Of a stretch of DNA of 42,552 nucleotides, positions 1 to 10,837 are shown in pieces. The notes under the pieces are model-generated. The model was given only the letters and a program-made list of their open reading frames with translations, had not been told where the DNA came from and made no database searches. Origin of the DNA: Octopus bimaculoides (Eukaryota). The stretch is from NCBI RefSeq assembly GCF_001194135.2, contig NC_068990.1, positions 86,232,439 to 86,274,990 of the forward strand, given 5' to 3'. A program made the position numbers and the translations under genes. Every line of letters begins with the position of its first letter. Position 1 is the stretch's first letter.

Positions 1-303
1 ATCTGGTCGGTGGCTTTCAACAGGTTGTCCCGCAGAAATCTCCAATTGTCTTCCACGTTGTATGATGCTATATCCCCTTCTATTTCGTTAAATGCTTCAA
101 GTAACTTGTCTCTAAGTCTCTGTCCGTTTGCAGGGTCTTTAAGCTTCCACACCCTTCTTCTCCAAGCCTGTCTAATTCTGGGCACCCATTTTGCCTTGAT
201 CCCAAAGTCGCTAACTACTAATCTATGTTGTGGGGTACATTCTTCGCCAGGGTAGGTTTTGGCATTTATAAGCCGCCCTCTTTCCCTATTTCTGGCGAGG
301 ATT
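1..303 (-). mobile_element. RTE-clade LINE ORF2 fragment (end of endonuclease domain and linker), runs off window start
   Basis: Manual minus-strand translation gives an open frame LARNRERGRLINAKTYPGEECTPQHRLVVSDFGIKAKW...RRRVWKLKDPANG...NVEDNWRFLRDNLLKATDQ. The PGE-x4-QHRLVV and WKLK motifs are typical of RTE/Expander ORF2. Confidence 0.85.
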
Positions 304-1930
304 AAACATGCATATGACCGCTGTGTAGATATCTATTTATAACCATTTGGTACTGTAGTTATTAATATCTAATAGTCACCCATGTACCGATATATCAACT
401 AAATTATGGGTGTCCCAAGTTTATTTACATTCCACTCGAGCAGCTTCAAAGACAGATGCAAGCTGTCTCTGATTGTGTTTTTTTTAATGAAAGAAGAATC
501 TAGTTGATTTGATCCTCATTCCAAGTTGCCAAAAATCTTGTGGATTACCTGTAGGCTCTATTTTCACAGCTGGAATAGAAATATGTTCTATTCAGGACTT
601 CTATGTGTGTGTGTTTGTTTGTGTGTGTGTGTGTGTGATGGGGGCATGCAAATATATAAACACTATTAAATCCATAGTCATAAAATGAAGCTCAACTATT
701 TGTTAGCCATGCATAGTGGGGGTAAGCAGGATTATGTAATTTGCCCCAGGGCACAACACTATACACATGTAGCTATAAAAAGGTATCAAAATTTGTTTGA
801 ACATGCAAGTCCAGCTATATTTTAACCGTACAACTAATCCACATTTGAATCAATAGCACCCACCTATCACACTTCTGCTCTGCTCAACCTAAGCAGAAAA
901 TAATGGGAATCTGGGAGGGGGGGAAGGCCTTACAGAAATCAGGGTAGGAATAAATGTGAAGCAAACAATCATTTCACTTTTAACCTGTCAGTTAATGAAA
1001 TAAATGGTTGACCTGCTTCTAACCTCTGACCTTTACAGTTCAAGTTTCTCAACCTGAGATACACATTACTTACTCTTTTTCTGGATTAAGTAAAATAGTC
1101 CTACAATCATGGCAACGTTAATGATAATTATATAGGACAGTAATTTTCAACAATCATTCATTATCCTCATAATTTTAAATCCCTTCAGATTTTCCATGCT
1201 AGCCATGATTAAATATGGCTTCCTCCTTTTTGTTGCAATCCTTTATTATCTCCCTTTTTTAGTTCAGGCTCCTGGATTAAGAATTTACCACTTCTTCCCA
1301 ATTTTTCTTCAGTTTCCCCACCCTTTTTTTTTTTTTTACATAGTCATTTCATTGGGAACACTAGGCACTTATTTCACCAACTGATTTTAAGAAATAACTT
1401 TTTTATACCATAACTTAAAGGAATCTTATCAGCAACTCAAGTTTCATGTCCAAGTGAAGCATGTCTGCTTTTCTCATTCTGTGTTAGGAAATGCAAGAAA
1501 CAAAACTGTTGATAATTTTTGAGATATTGGAAAGAAAAATCCCCAAAAATCCCAGAAGCTGAGAGGAAGTATAAAAATGGAAAAGAGGCAGTAACAATGA
1601 TTTACAGTGATTTAGACTTGAATTACTTGGACTACCAATAATTATTTTGGCTGTATATGTTTGTATGAAAGACTAAGGTTAACCTTTTGCACTGCCTAAA
1701 GAATTCTGGTCAGAGGTTAGGTATCATCACTGGATTGTCTGTATAATTGGTGAAGGGCTGAATGGTAGGGAGAGATAAAGAAGAAAGCTGGAAGTTGAGG
1801 ACAATGTATAGTCCTTTTCTGTATGTACATACACACACACACATTTCTTATCTGTCTATCTATCTCTTTCTGTCTCTACCTATCTATCTATCTCTTTCTG
1901 TCTCTATCTGTCTGTCTCTATGTTAACATG

Positions 1931-2100
1931 TAGGCATGATTGTATGGTTATGAAGTCTGCTCCCAACAGATGTAGTTTTATATTCAGTCTAACTGTTTAA
2001 CACAATGGGTCAAGTATTATTACCTTAGGACAACCAAAGCCTTGTGAGTGGATTTGGTGGTCAGAAACTGAAAGAAATCCATCATGTGAATATGTGCGTG
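1931..2100 (+). mobile_element. SINE family A (tRNA-derived, CORE-like body), degenerate 5' half
   Basis: Contains the family A segment ccaaagccttgtgagtggatttggt...aaactgaaagaa shared with 4937-5108 and 19795-20256. Confidence 0.7.
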
Positions 2101-2570
2101 TGTTTATTATGTATGTATGCATGCATGCATATATCTATGTGTTTCTTTACATTTATGCTTCTCAGAAAATTGCGATCTTAAAAGCAGTGATACCATTTCC
2201 TTGTTAATAAAACCACCCACTGGTTTTGTACCTTCAAAGGTGCATGAAAAAGATCTCTTACTTGAAAACACAAGTAAGGGTTAGCAACTGATTATTCATT
2301 AGTGTAAAACAATTCGACAATAATATATTCCTTAAGTCATGCTAGCATGGGAAAACGAACATAAAAACACCAATTTACACGCATACGTGTGTATATTATT
2401 TGTAAATTTTTCTCTCACCATCACTCACTACAGACATGTCATCCCCATCTCTATACCTCCCCCCTATCATTCTTACGAAACATCTCTCTCTATCCCCTCT
2501 TTACTACTTATACTCTCCGCCCTACTGTTCCCTTTACATCTCCAACACCATCTATTTTTCTTCCTCTCAC

Positions 2571-2605
<35 letters not shown>

Positions 2606-2699
2606 AACTCTCTGTCTCCCATTCCTCTTCTGATGTAGCCAAGTATACCCTTTATATAGTATGACAGCCATCTCTGTCCTTCTATAATACTCTTAACAT

Positions 2700-2975
2700 T
2701 TGAGCTGAGAGGTTTGTCTTGCAAGCTACTTGGCGATCCTGCGGGACAACATAAAAAGCACATGTGCCGGTACCACGTAAAAAGCACATGTGCCGGTATC
2801 ACGTGAAAAGCACCCAGTACACTCAGTAAAGTGGCTGGCGTTAGGCAGGACATCCAGCCATAGAAACCATACCAAAACAGACAAACAGAGCTCACCGGTT
2901 TGCCAGCACCTGTCGAACCGTCCAACCTCTGCCAACATGGAAAACGGACGTAAAATGATGATAGTGATGATGATA
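2700..2975 (+). mobile_element. RTE/Expander-type LINE 3' UTR with (TGA)n tail
   Basis: gtaaagtggctggcgttaggcaggacatccagccatagaaaccatacc...aaccgtccaacctctgccaacatggaaaacggacgtaaaatgatgatagtgatgat; internal ~26-bp repeats aaaaagcacatgtgccggta; antisense relative at 9870-10020. Confidence 0.7.
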
Positions 2976-3361
2976 TACTGTCCTGCCTTATTTAACACAT
3001 TATTCCAAATGAAATCCAAACATGAAACAGACCGTCAATATTGATAGCAGACAAACAATACCTGGCTGCATGACGGTAAACAGACTTCCTACACGAGTGG
3101 ACTCTGATGTTCCAAAACACGATTTAAAAGGTTACTCAGGTGGGGTTACTAAGATACGACACCGGGGTTAATAACGGCCAACACCTATTCATATTAAAAT
3201 TAAATGCGTACAATATGATATATTCACATGTAAAAACACACACATGTGCACATACGTATAATTCACGCACACTCAATACAGATCACACACGCTTGTTTTT
3301 ATATCAATCTGATGGGTTAATATTTGTAGAGTACAAATTTATTATTCTTACACGAGAATGC

Positions 3362-3433
3362 TGTTGACAGTGACTCCGAAGTTTCGGATAACTAAGCCAT
3401 CAGCTGGCCGAAACTTCTAAGCCACTGTCAACA
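3362..3433. repeat. 72-bp imperfect palindrome (hairpin)
   Basis: tgttgacagtg-actcc-gaagtttcgg pairs with ccgaaacttc-taagc-cactgtcaaca; 26-nt arms with 3 mismatches and a 20-nt loop. Confidence 0.9.
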
Positions 3434-3447
3434 ACATTCTTGTATAA

Positions 3448-3487
<40 letters not shown>

Positions 3488-4589
3488 GCGCGCGCGCACA
3501 GTCATAATATACATATAGGTCCCATATTGTAAATACGCACACACACACAATTATGTGTGTGTTTGTAATAACAGTTATTGTGTGAGTGATTAAGAATGGA
3601 AATTATTAACTATTAACTTATGTGATGAGTTTGCAGATTTCCTGTGTGAGTACGTGTGTATGTGATACACACACACACATATATATAAATTAATATATGA
3701 TATTTGTAACGTGTGTGTGTGTGTGTGTGTAAATAAGGAATATATGAATAATGTATATTTTCAAATATGTCTAGTGTTGTGTATGTTTGTGTCAGATTAA
3801 TAATGACGGAGTGTGAGTGTGTCTATTAAACATTTAATAATTAGTGTGTGTATGTGTGTGTATATTATATATGTATATATATATATGGGGGTGGGGGTGT
3901 TGATTATAAATTAGAAGCAGAGGTTGGCTGTGTGTGTATGTACTAGAGAGAAGAGGGAAATATATTGTAAGTGTATGTATGTGTTTGAGTGGGTGTGTAA
4001 ATTTAAATTAAGTCTAGTTAGTATATATACAACAACAGTTTGTCGCCATACACGCAATGGCAAAAAGAAAAGAAAAACATGATGAAAAAATATGCAGCAT
4101 CCCCCCATCCCCGCCACCTTTTTAATTAGGTTAGAGAAGTGATGGTGGCGGCGGTGGCGGTAAAGAGAAGAGGGGGGAAGCGATAGGGCGAGGATTTGTC
4201 ACGTGTGATCCGTTATGTCAAAGGTCAGAGAGAGAGAGAGAGAGATAAGTGTGAAAGCAAAAGTTTAGTGAGCGGAAAGCGATATAGAAAGAATCATATA
4301 TATATATATATATATACATGTAGGAGAGAAGGATGAGAGAGAGAGAAAACAGGAGAGGTGGGGGTGGGTGAGCGAGTGTGTTGAAAAGTGAATTGTCATA
4401 GCAAGTATATAAAGTGAGGTTTAACAGAGAGCAAGATAGTTTCTATCTTTTTTGTTATTTTCCTCAACCAATACTATTGTTTTTCATTTGTTTTGACTAT
4501 TTCCTCAACCATTAACGATGATTTATCACTATCATTTCTTATATTAAACCATTATTAAATTGTTCGGTGGATAAGAAGAATCGAATCGT

Positions 4590-4815
4590 TGAAGAAGGCA
4601 CCGGACAAAAATTTTGTGTGGGATTTGTTCCGGCTTTTTGTTAGTTTTTTACATTCTGAGGTCAAAAGCTCGCTGGAGTCAATTTTCCTTTTCATTTCCA
4701 CCTCACTCACTCAAACCTCGATAAAATAAATTATCAGTCAAGTGCTAGGATGGAGTGTCGGTGTCACCTCCCCCACTACCTCACAAAAGTATGGGCCTTG
4801 TGCCAAAGTATAAAT
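4590..4815 (+). mobile_element. SINE family B, old degenerate copy
   Basis: cattctgaggtcaaa...tttccttttcatttcc...tcgataaaataa...ggccttgtgccaaa matches the other family B copies. Confidence 0.55.
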
Positions 4816-4936
4816 TATGAAAATGTAATTATATAAATTAAAAAATAATATAATTATATAAATTATCATCAAACGCTACGTCAGAAATGATTAAAGGCGA
4901 CTCTCTAGATAACACCACAGCAAATCATAAATAACA

Positions 4937-5108
4937 GGCGTGGCTGTGTAGTAAGAGGCTTGCTTACTAACCATGTGGTTTCGGGTTCAGTCACACAGCG
5001 TGGCACCTTGAGCAAGTGCCTTTTACAATAAGCCCTGGGCCGACTAAGACCTTGTGAGTAGATTTCGTAGATGAAAGCTGAAAGAAGTTCGTCATATATA
5101 TATATACA
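4937..5108 (+). mobile_element. SINE family A, 5' half ending in (TA)n
   Basis: tRNA-like head with A/B boxes (ggcgtggctgtgtagtaag...gggttcagtc), then CORE-like ggcaccttgagcaagtg, then gaaagaagttcgtcatatata. Confidence 0.85.
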
Positions 5109-5811
5109 TAATGCAGAATGGGACAAGAACACAAACATTCAGATAGTTAGGTGATACAAGAAAGGGACAAAACATTCAGATAGACGATACAAAGAAAACA
5201 CGGACAGGTCATTCGGAGTTTTCTCTCTTCAGTCGAGATCCAGATTATCTTTGCAATTTCGGCTGGTTTATACACTCGGCATTCCTGACGAGATCTATTT
5301 CAGTTCAATCACAGATTTTTAAATGAATTTTTTTTAACTAAACAGTTTGAAACTTCGAATACTGGTAGAATTTCTCACGTAGAACACGGTTTACTCTGAA
5401 CGTTTTTGACAAAACTTCGTATTTCAGAAGTTATTTCGTGTTAAAGTTGTCGCATTTGGGTAATTTTAACCAATGGAATAGATCCGCCAGAAGAAGTCAG
5501 AATCCCGTTAGGAGCCTGCGAAACTTCAAGTAGCACGAAATCGAATCAAACTGTTTTAAATAATACATATAACTCCTACTGCTTGTCTCTCTGGCGCCCT
5601 TACAGGAATGAAATAATAATGAGAGTAAGAAAATACGCTACTATAAATATATAGTCAACGATAGCTTACGTATGTGCGTACACACATACATTCTCCTTCT
5701 GTCTCGTGTTTAAGGAATTAATAAAATATTTTATTTTGATCAAATCAAATTCTTGCTACTCTGAGTTTTACCTGTGGGTGCATAGGACCTTCGCGCAAGT
5801 TATGACTAATA

Positions 5812-5925
5812 TATAAATCAAATTTACAGAAAACAAAGGACGAAGACAGGTAAAGGAACAACAAGCAGGTATATTAGTATAACGGTCGGGGAGAATAGAA
5901 AAGTCTTTGACATTTCGAGCCTATA
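5812..5925 (-). repeat. Interspersed repeat, second copy at 10232-10350 (Penelope-like terminal sequence, tentative)
   Basis: aatttacagaaaacaaa...gaagacaggt...attagt...aaagtctttgac(a/g)tttcgagccta occurs twice in the window. Confidence 0.6.
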
Positions 5926-5934
5926 TCAGTCATA

Positions 5935-6183
5935 CATATATTTTGCCGAACCGCTAAGTTACGGGGGATGTAAACACACCAACATCGGTTGTCAAGCGAT
6001 GGTGGGGAAGGAACAAACACATACTTATATACAACGGGCTTCTTTTAGTCTCCATATACCAAATCCACTCACAAGGCTTTGGTCGGCCCGAGGCTATAGT
6101 AGAAGACCCCTGCCCAAGGTGCCACGCAGTGGGACTGAACCCGGAACCATGTGATTGGGAAACAAGCTCCTTACCACAAAGTC
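5935..6183 (-). mobile_element. SINE family A, head plus part of 3' half
   Basis: Reverse complement reads gtggtaaggagcttg...ggttccgggttcagtcccactgcgtggcaccttggg...gccttgtgagtggatttgg...cgcttgacaaccgatgttgg...aacttagcggttcggcaaaa. Confidence 0.9.
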
Positions 6184-6964
6184 ATGTATTTCTGAGATGA
6201 AGAATTCTATATACTATATGTTAATCGAAGAGGTGTCCTCATTTTAATTGTTGCTTTCACTACGTTTCAAGTTTGTACACTCCAGCCTTCTCAGTGCCTT
6301 GCTTGGGAGTGAACTCATAACCTCTAGGTGACTACAATTGCATTAACTAGTGCCTTTATCCACTACTCTATGCCCGTAGCTTGTGTTCTGATTGAATCTT
6401 TTTAAGGCATTTAATGCCCCTCTGACGTCTTATGTCGGTTCCGTACCGATTGAATCATGCCACTCTGTAGTTGTTATATTGTGTTAGTCACAGTCCTCAT
6501 CTTAGTTGTTACTTATCGAATCGGGTAATTATGGATGTGATAACTTATTTGGTGAGAGAAGGAAGGGTAAAGTTTATGATCCGCTGAGGGCCTCGGAAGG
6601 GGAGTTGGTTATCCACAAGTCATAGACCTGGGCCGAACCTTTGCAACTGAAAGGATTAAGCTTAAGTCATTCAAGTGACAGTGGTGATGTTAAATAAGGC
6701 ACAAGTTAATTCAACTACGACTCAAGAAGGGGACCAATCCCTCCCAAGAGCTTTTGCAGTGTTTCCGCCAAGTAATTTCCGTTATAGTACGGGTATTGAC
6801 CAAACCTACGATATAGAAGGAAACGTTTTGCTCCGGTACTGTACGGAGAAAACAAATTAAAAACCATCTACGAAGAGAAACGAATATCTTAACCTGCACG
6901 ACTATACCTGACGTGAGGATAGTGATATAAGGATTGATAATAAAAAAAAGATAAAAATAATGCC

Positions 6965-7135
6965 AAACTAAATGCTTAGCGGCGATTCTTCCGGCTCTTT
7001 AGATTCTAAGTTCAAATTCTGCCAAGGTCAATTTTGCCTTTTATTCTTTCGGGGCTGATAAAATAAGTAACAGTTGAGCCCTGGGGTTGAAGTAATTGAC
7101 TAGCATACCCGCCCAAAATTTCAGACCCTGTAGAA
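6965..7135 (+). mobile_element. SINE family B
   Basis: aaatgcttagcggcg...ttctaagttcaaattctgccaaggtcaattttgccttttattctttcggggctgataaaataagtaacag...aaaatttcagaccctg. Confidence 0.8.
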
Positions 7136-7563
7136 GAAAAAATATATGGAAAACGAACAAAACAGAAGCATGATTAATAAATAAAATAATTGTAAATAAT
7201 GTTCTTATATGTAAAAGAGCGAGAAAGAGAGAAAACTTATTTTTAGAATGATACTTCCCATTATCTGTAATACTTTTATTTTTATTCCTCTCGTGTGTGT
7301 GGTTATATAGATTATCTCGAAATATCGTTCGCAAGAACACACGCTGGTATTAAACACGACACAAAGAGGAACTGGCAGGAATCTATTTGACTACTCAATA
7401 AATAAATAAATACGCTAATAAATATTTACGCAACATTTCTACCAAGTTTTGGAGACTCGCCTTACCCCACACCTCCACACACACCCGTTTATTCCAATAA
7501 AATAATAAACAGGGAGCACATTTTCCTCCATTTACACACCTTAATACAAAATAAATACATACA

Positions 7564-7611
<48 letters not shown>

Positions 7612-8212
7612 NNNNNNNNNNNNNNNNNNNNNNNNNNNNNNNNNNNNNNNNNNNNNNNNNNNNNNNNNNNNNNNNNNNNNNNNNNNNNNNNNNNNNNNNN
7701 NNNNNNNNNNNNNNNNNNNNNNNNNNNNNNNNNNNNNNNNNNNNNNNNNNNNNNNNNNNNNNNNNNNNNNNNNNNNNNNNNNNNNNNNNNNNNNNNNNNN
7801 NNNNNNNNNNNNNNNNNNNNNNNNNNNNNNNNNNNNNNNNNNNNNNNNNNNNNNNNNNNNNNNNNNNNNNNNNNNNNNNNNNNNNNNNNNNNNNNNNNNN
7901 NNNNNNNNNNNNNNNNNNNNNNNNNNNNNNNNNNNNNNNNNNNNNNNNNNNNNNNNNNNNNNNNNNNNNNNNNNNNNNNNNNNNNNNNNNNNNNNNNNNN
8001 NNNNNNNNNNNNNNNNNNNNNNNNNNNNNNNNNNNNNNNNNNNNNNNNNNNNNNNNNNNNNNNNNNNNNNNNNNNNNNNNNNNNNNNNNNNNNNNNNNNN
8101 NNNNNNNNNNNNNNNNNNNNNNNNNNNNNNNNNNNNNNNNNNNNNNNNNNNNNNNNNNNNNNNNNNNNNNNNNNNNNNNNNNNNNNNNNNNNNNNNNNNN
8201 NNNNNNNNNNNN

Positions 8213-8254
<42 letters not shown>

Positions 8255-8329
8255 TGTTTTCTTGAGTCGACGGCAAGGCTTGCTTTGCTCCGGGCCACAA
8301 AACCACAATGACATATATGGTTTTCCTTT

Positions 8330-8624
8330 AGAATAGCAACGTTTTGCCAGTGCGCCTTCAGGCTTGCACGAAGTTGGCTCCGATGTTGGAGTTGACTTTG
8401 CTCAAACCTTTGAACTGGGGAGAAGCAGAACTGGCACCAGGTCCTGCGTTCTCATGCTTTGCTTTTCCCAAGAAGAAAAGAATGCAGATCGTCTTTTAGT
8501 TTGTCTCTGAAGCGCAAGAGAGACCTTCCAAATGACAGTCTGATATCACTCGGATATCGTTCATACGGGAAAGATGATCTGACCATTTAAGTTGTATTTT
8601 GATGAGGATGGCTTCAATACCTAC
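8330..8624 (-). pseudogene. RTE-BovB-like LINE ORF2 C-terminal remnant
   Basis: Minus-strand VGIEAILIKIQLKWSDHLSRMNDIRV resembles the BovB-type motif SIEAMLxKxQLRWAGHVxRMxDxR; followed by a frameshifted RFRDKLKDDL segment. Confidence 0.75.
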
Positions 8625-8879
8625 CTGAAATGTTGCATTTTGTTAGCACCTCACTGGCGCTAACAAAATGTGCGTATATATACATATATATGCATGCACA
8701 CACATATCTATATATAAACATACACACACATGTGTGTGCGTGTGTATATATACATATTTATATGTATATATACACACATTATACGTACATAGATTTTAAT
8801 GTACATATATATACACGTGTGTATACACACACAAATGTGCATTATATGACAGCGGGACAGACCAGACTATCAATTGTCA

Positions 8880-9176
8880 CACATCGCTGGTCACAATGTA
8901 CTTTGCATCGCTGTAGCCATTGATTGGCGCCACCCTGCTGGCAAGGCGAGCAAGCCAACACTCCCCCGTGATTGAGTGGGGACTGAAGCAACGTGAAATG
9001 AAGTATTTTCCTCAAGAACACAACATGCTGCCCAGTCTGGGAATCGAAACCATGATCTAGCAATTGTGGGTTCAATTCCCAAACCAAGCGGCGCATCGTG
9101 TTCTTTATGGACATATATTTACGCATATCATTCTATCGATTGTGAGTGCAACAGACTAACCACTAGGTCACATGCC
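8880..9176 (-). mobile_element. SINE family D with an inverted fragment inside the head
   Basis: Minus strand ggcatgtgacctagtggttag...[~75-bp insert]...ggtttcgattcccagactggg...tgttgtgttcttgagg...cttcatttcacgttgcttcagtcc. Confidence 0.75.
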
Positions 9177-9243
9177 TTCACTACACATACACTCACAGAG
9201 AATAAAAAGCATAATTTTGAGACACCATTATTTAATTATTTTC

Positions 9244-9504
9244 AACAGCTGTTTCATTAAGAATAAGCATTATTAATTCTATAATCCCTAATTAAGATAC
9301 ATAATTAATATAAATTATTTTAAAGCAATGTTAATCCCAAACCTTCTGAAGTGTTACAGGCTGTGCTAGCATTAAGTGTTCCCTATTTAAATGTAATACT
9401 AGCATAAACCATACTATTCCTGATTATTTGGGAAACAAATTCCTAAAAATTTATTTATATTAATTGAAGAATTAATGATGTTTATTCTTAATGAAACAGC
9501 TGTT
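9244..9504. mobile_element. MITE-like element with ~37-bp terminal inverted repeats
   Basis: aacagctgtttcattaagaataa (9244-9266) is the exact reverse complement of ttattcttaatgaaacagctgtt (9482-9504); pairing extends 14 bp inward with 2 mismatches; AT-rich interior. Confidence 0.65.
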
Positions 9505-9730
9505 CAAAGTAATAATGATCTATCAATGAAACTGATGCTTTTCTGCAATTCATTCTAAATATACTTTGTTCTTATTTCCATTTTCCTTTCTTCTTTAAAA
9601 TGGATTTAAATTATATGCTTAATATATACCTATTGTTTTAAGGGAATTTCATTCCCCAACAATACTAGGTATTGAACCAGTATTTCCTTGGATGCAACCA
9701 TCCCTTCATAAGATTAACATATCCTCTAAT

Positions 9731-9782
<52 letters not shown>

Positions 9783-9833
9783 TACACCTATACATACATT
9801 ATGCAAGTATACATATATCCATTAAGCACACAT

Positions 9834-9864
<31 letters not shown>

Positions 9865-9869
9865 ACGTT

Positions 9870-10020
9870 TATCATCATTCAATGCCTCTATTTCATGATG
9901 GCATGGTTCGGATGGTTCTGCATGAACAGACAACTTCAGAGCACTTCACCTACCTCCAATGTCTGCTTTGGCATGGTTTCTCTGACTGGACACCCTTCCT
10001 AATGCTATCTACTTCAAAGG
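9870..10020 (-). mobile_element. RTE/Expander-type 3' UTR fragment
   Basis: Antisense relative of 2810-2975 (tttggcatggtttc...ctggacacccttcctaatgc). Confidence 0.6.
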
Positions 10021-10042
10021 AGAACCAAGGCTGCATATATAC

Positions 10043-10098
<56 letters not shown>

Positions 10099-10108
10099 NN
10101 NNNNNNNN

Positions 10109-10224
10109 TAGGTCAGGGTTAGGGTTAGGGTTACAGTTAGGGTTAGGGACGGAATTCCCTAACCCTAACCCTGACCCTAAAACCCTAACATTAACACCCT
10201 AGTGAAAATCGTGCGGGTGTTAAT
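10109..10224. repeat. Head-to-head telomere-like arrays (TTAGGG)n-GAATTC-(CCCTAA)n followed by a 10-bp hairpin
   Basis: Seen directly: taggtcagggttagggttagggttacagttagggttagggac-ggaattcc-ctaaccctaaccctgaccctaaaaccctaac, then attaacaccc (10190-10199) / gggtgttaat (10215-10224). Confidence 0.9.
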
Positions 10225-10231
10225 CTGAAAA

Positions 10232-10350
10232 TTTACCAAATTTACAGAAAACAAAAGTCGAAGACAGGTGAAGGAATAACAAATAGGTGTATTAGTTTAA
10301 CGCTTGGGAAAAGTCTTTGACGTTTCGAGCCTACGCTCTTCGACGGGAAG
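10232..10350 (-). repeat. Penelope-like terminal repeat with degenerate hammerhead-like motif
   Basis: Second copy of 5812-5925; the minus strand reads cccgtcgaa-GAGC-gtag-GCTC-gaaacgtc. Confidence 0.55.
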
Positions 10351-10837
10351 GATTGTGAAGGGAAAAAAAAAGCAGACAGGGAAAAAATGTGTAGGGATTA
10401 ACGGTTCAACACACACACACACATATATATACTAAATATGTTTCAATACTCTCAATAACTTTTCTTTTATCAGTAAATGTTTCTTTATTCTGTAAAAACT
10501 TACCATAATAATATTTTGAGTTTAATATCTAAACATGATTAGTTTGTTAAAAAGAAAAAAAAATTCGTAAACGCATCGTTGACGTTTCTACACATACACT
10601 TATAGTCTCATCTTCAAGACGGAGTGATGTTGGCGTGTATTGTCGACTCTATACGAAGGTCTGCAACAGCGTTTTGTATACTTCCACACAAAATATGAAG
10701 AGCTCAGAATAAGAAAAATACCGTAATAAAAGCAATGTATTAAGCCAGAACGTCATGGTGTTTTCCATATAGACCCCCACCACACAAAAAAATACTCTGC
10801 TAACATTTTAATCGTTTTCATTATTTGTGTAAAAAAA

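Noticed and set aside
549-569. 21-nt minus-strand micro-exon (ttccag|...cag|gtaatc) as NIDO exon 2
   Set aside because: In the required phase 0 it reads CTG TGA (stop) and does not give VNxNG.
3385-3412. Hammerhead reading of the 3362-3433 hairpin (minus CTGATGG...GAAAC)
   Set aside because: A9 is absent, stem I cannot form, and GAAAC is sequestered in the long hairpin.
6480-6900. Complex non-repetitive stretch with short ORFs (6675-6860, 6711-6899)
   Set aside because: No recognisable protein motif or splice signals; probably an unidentified old repeat.
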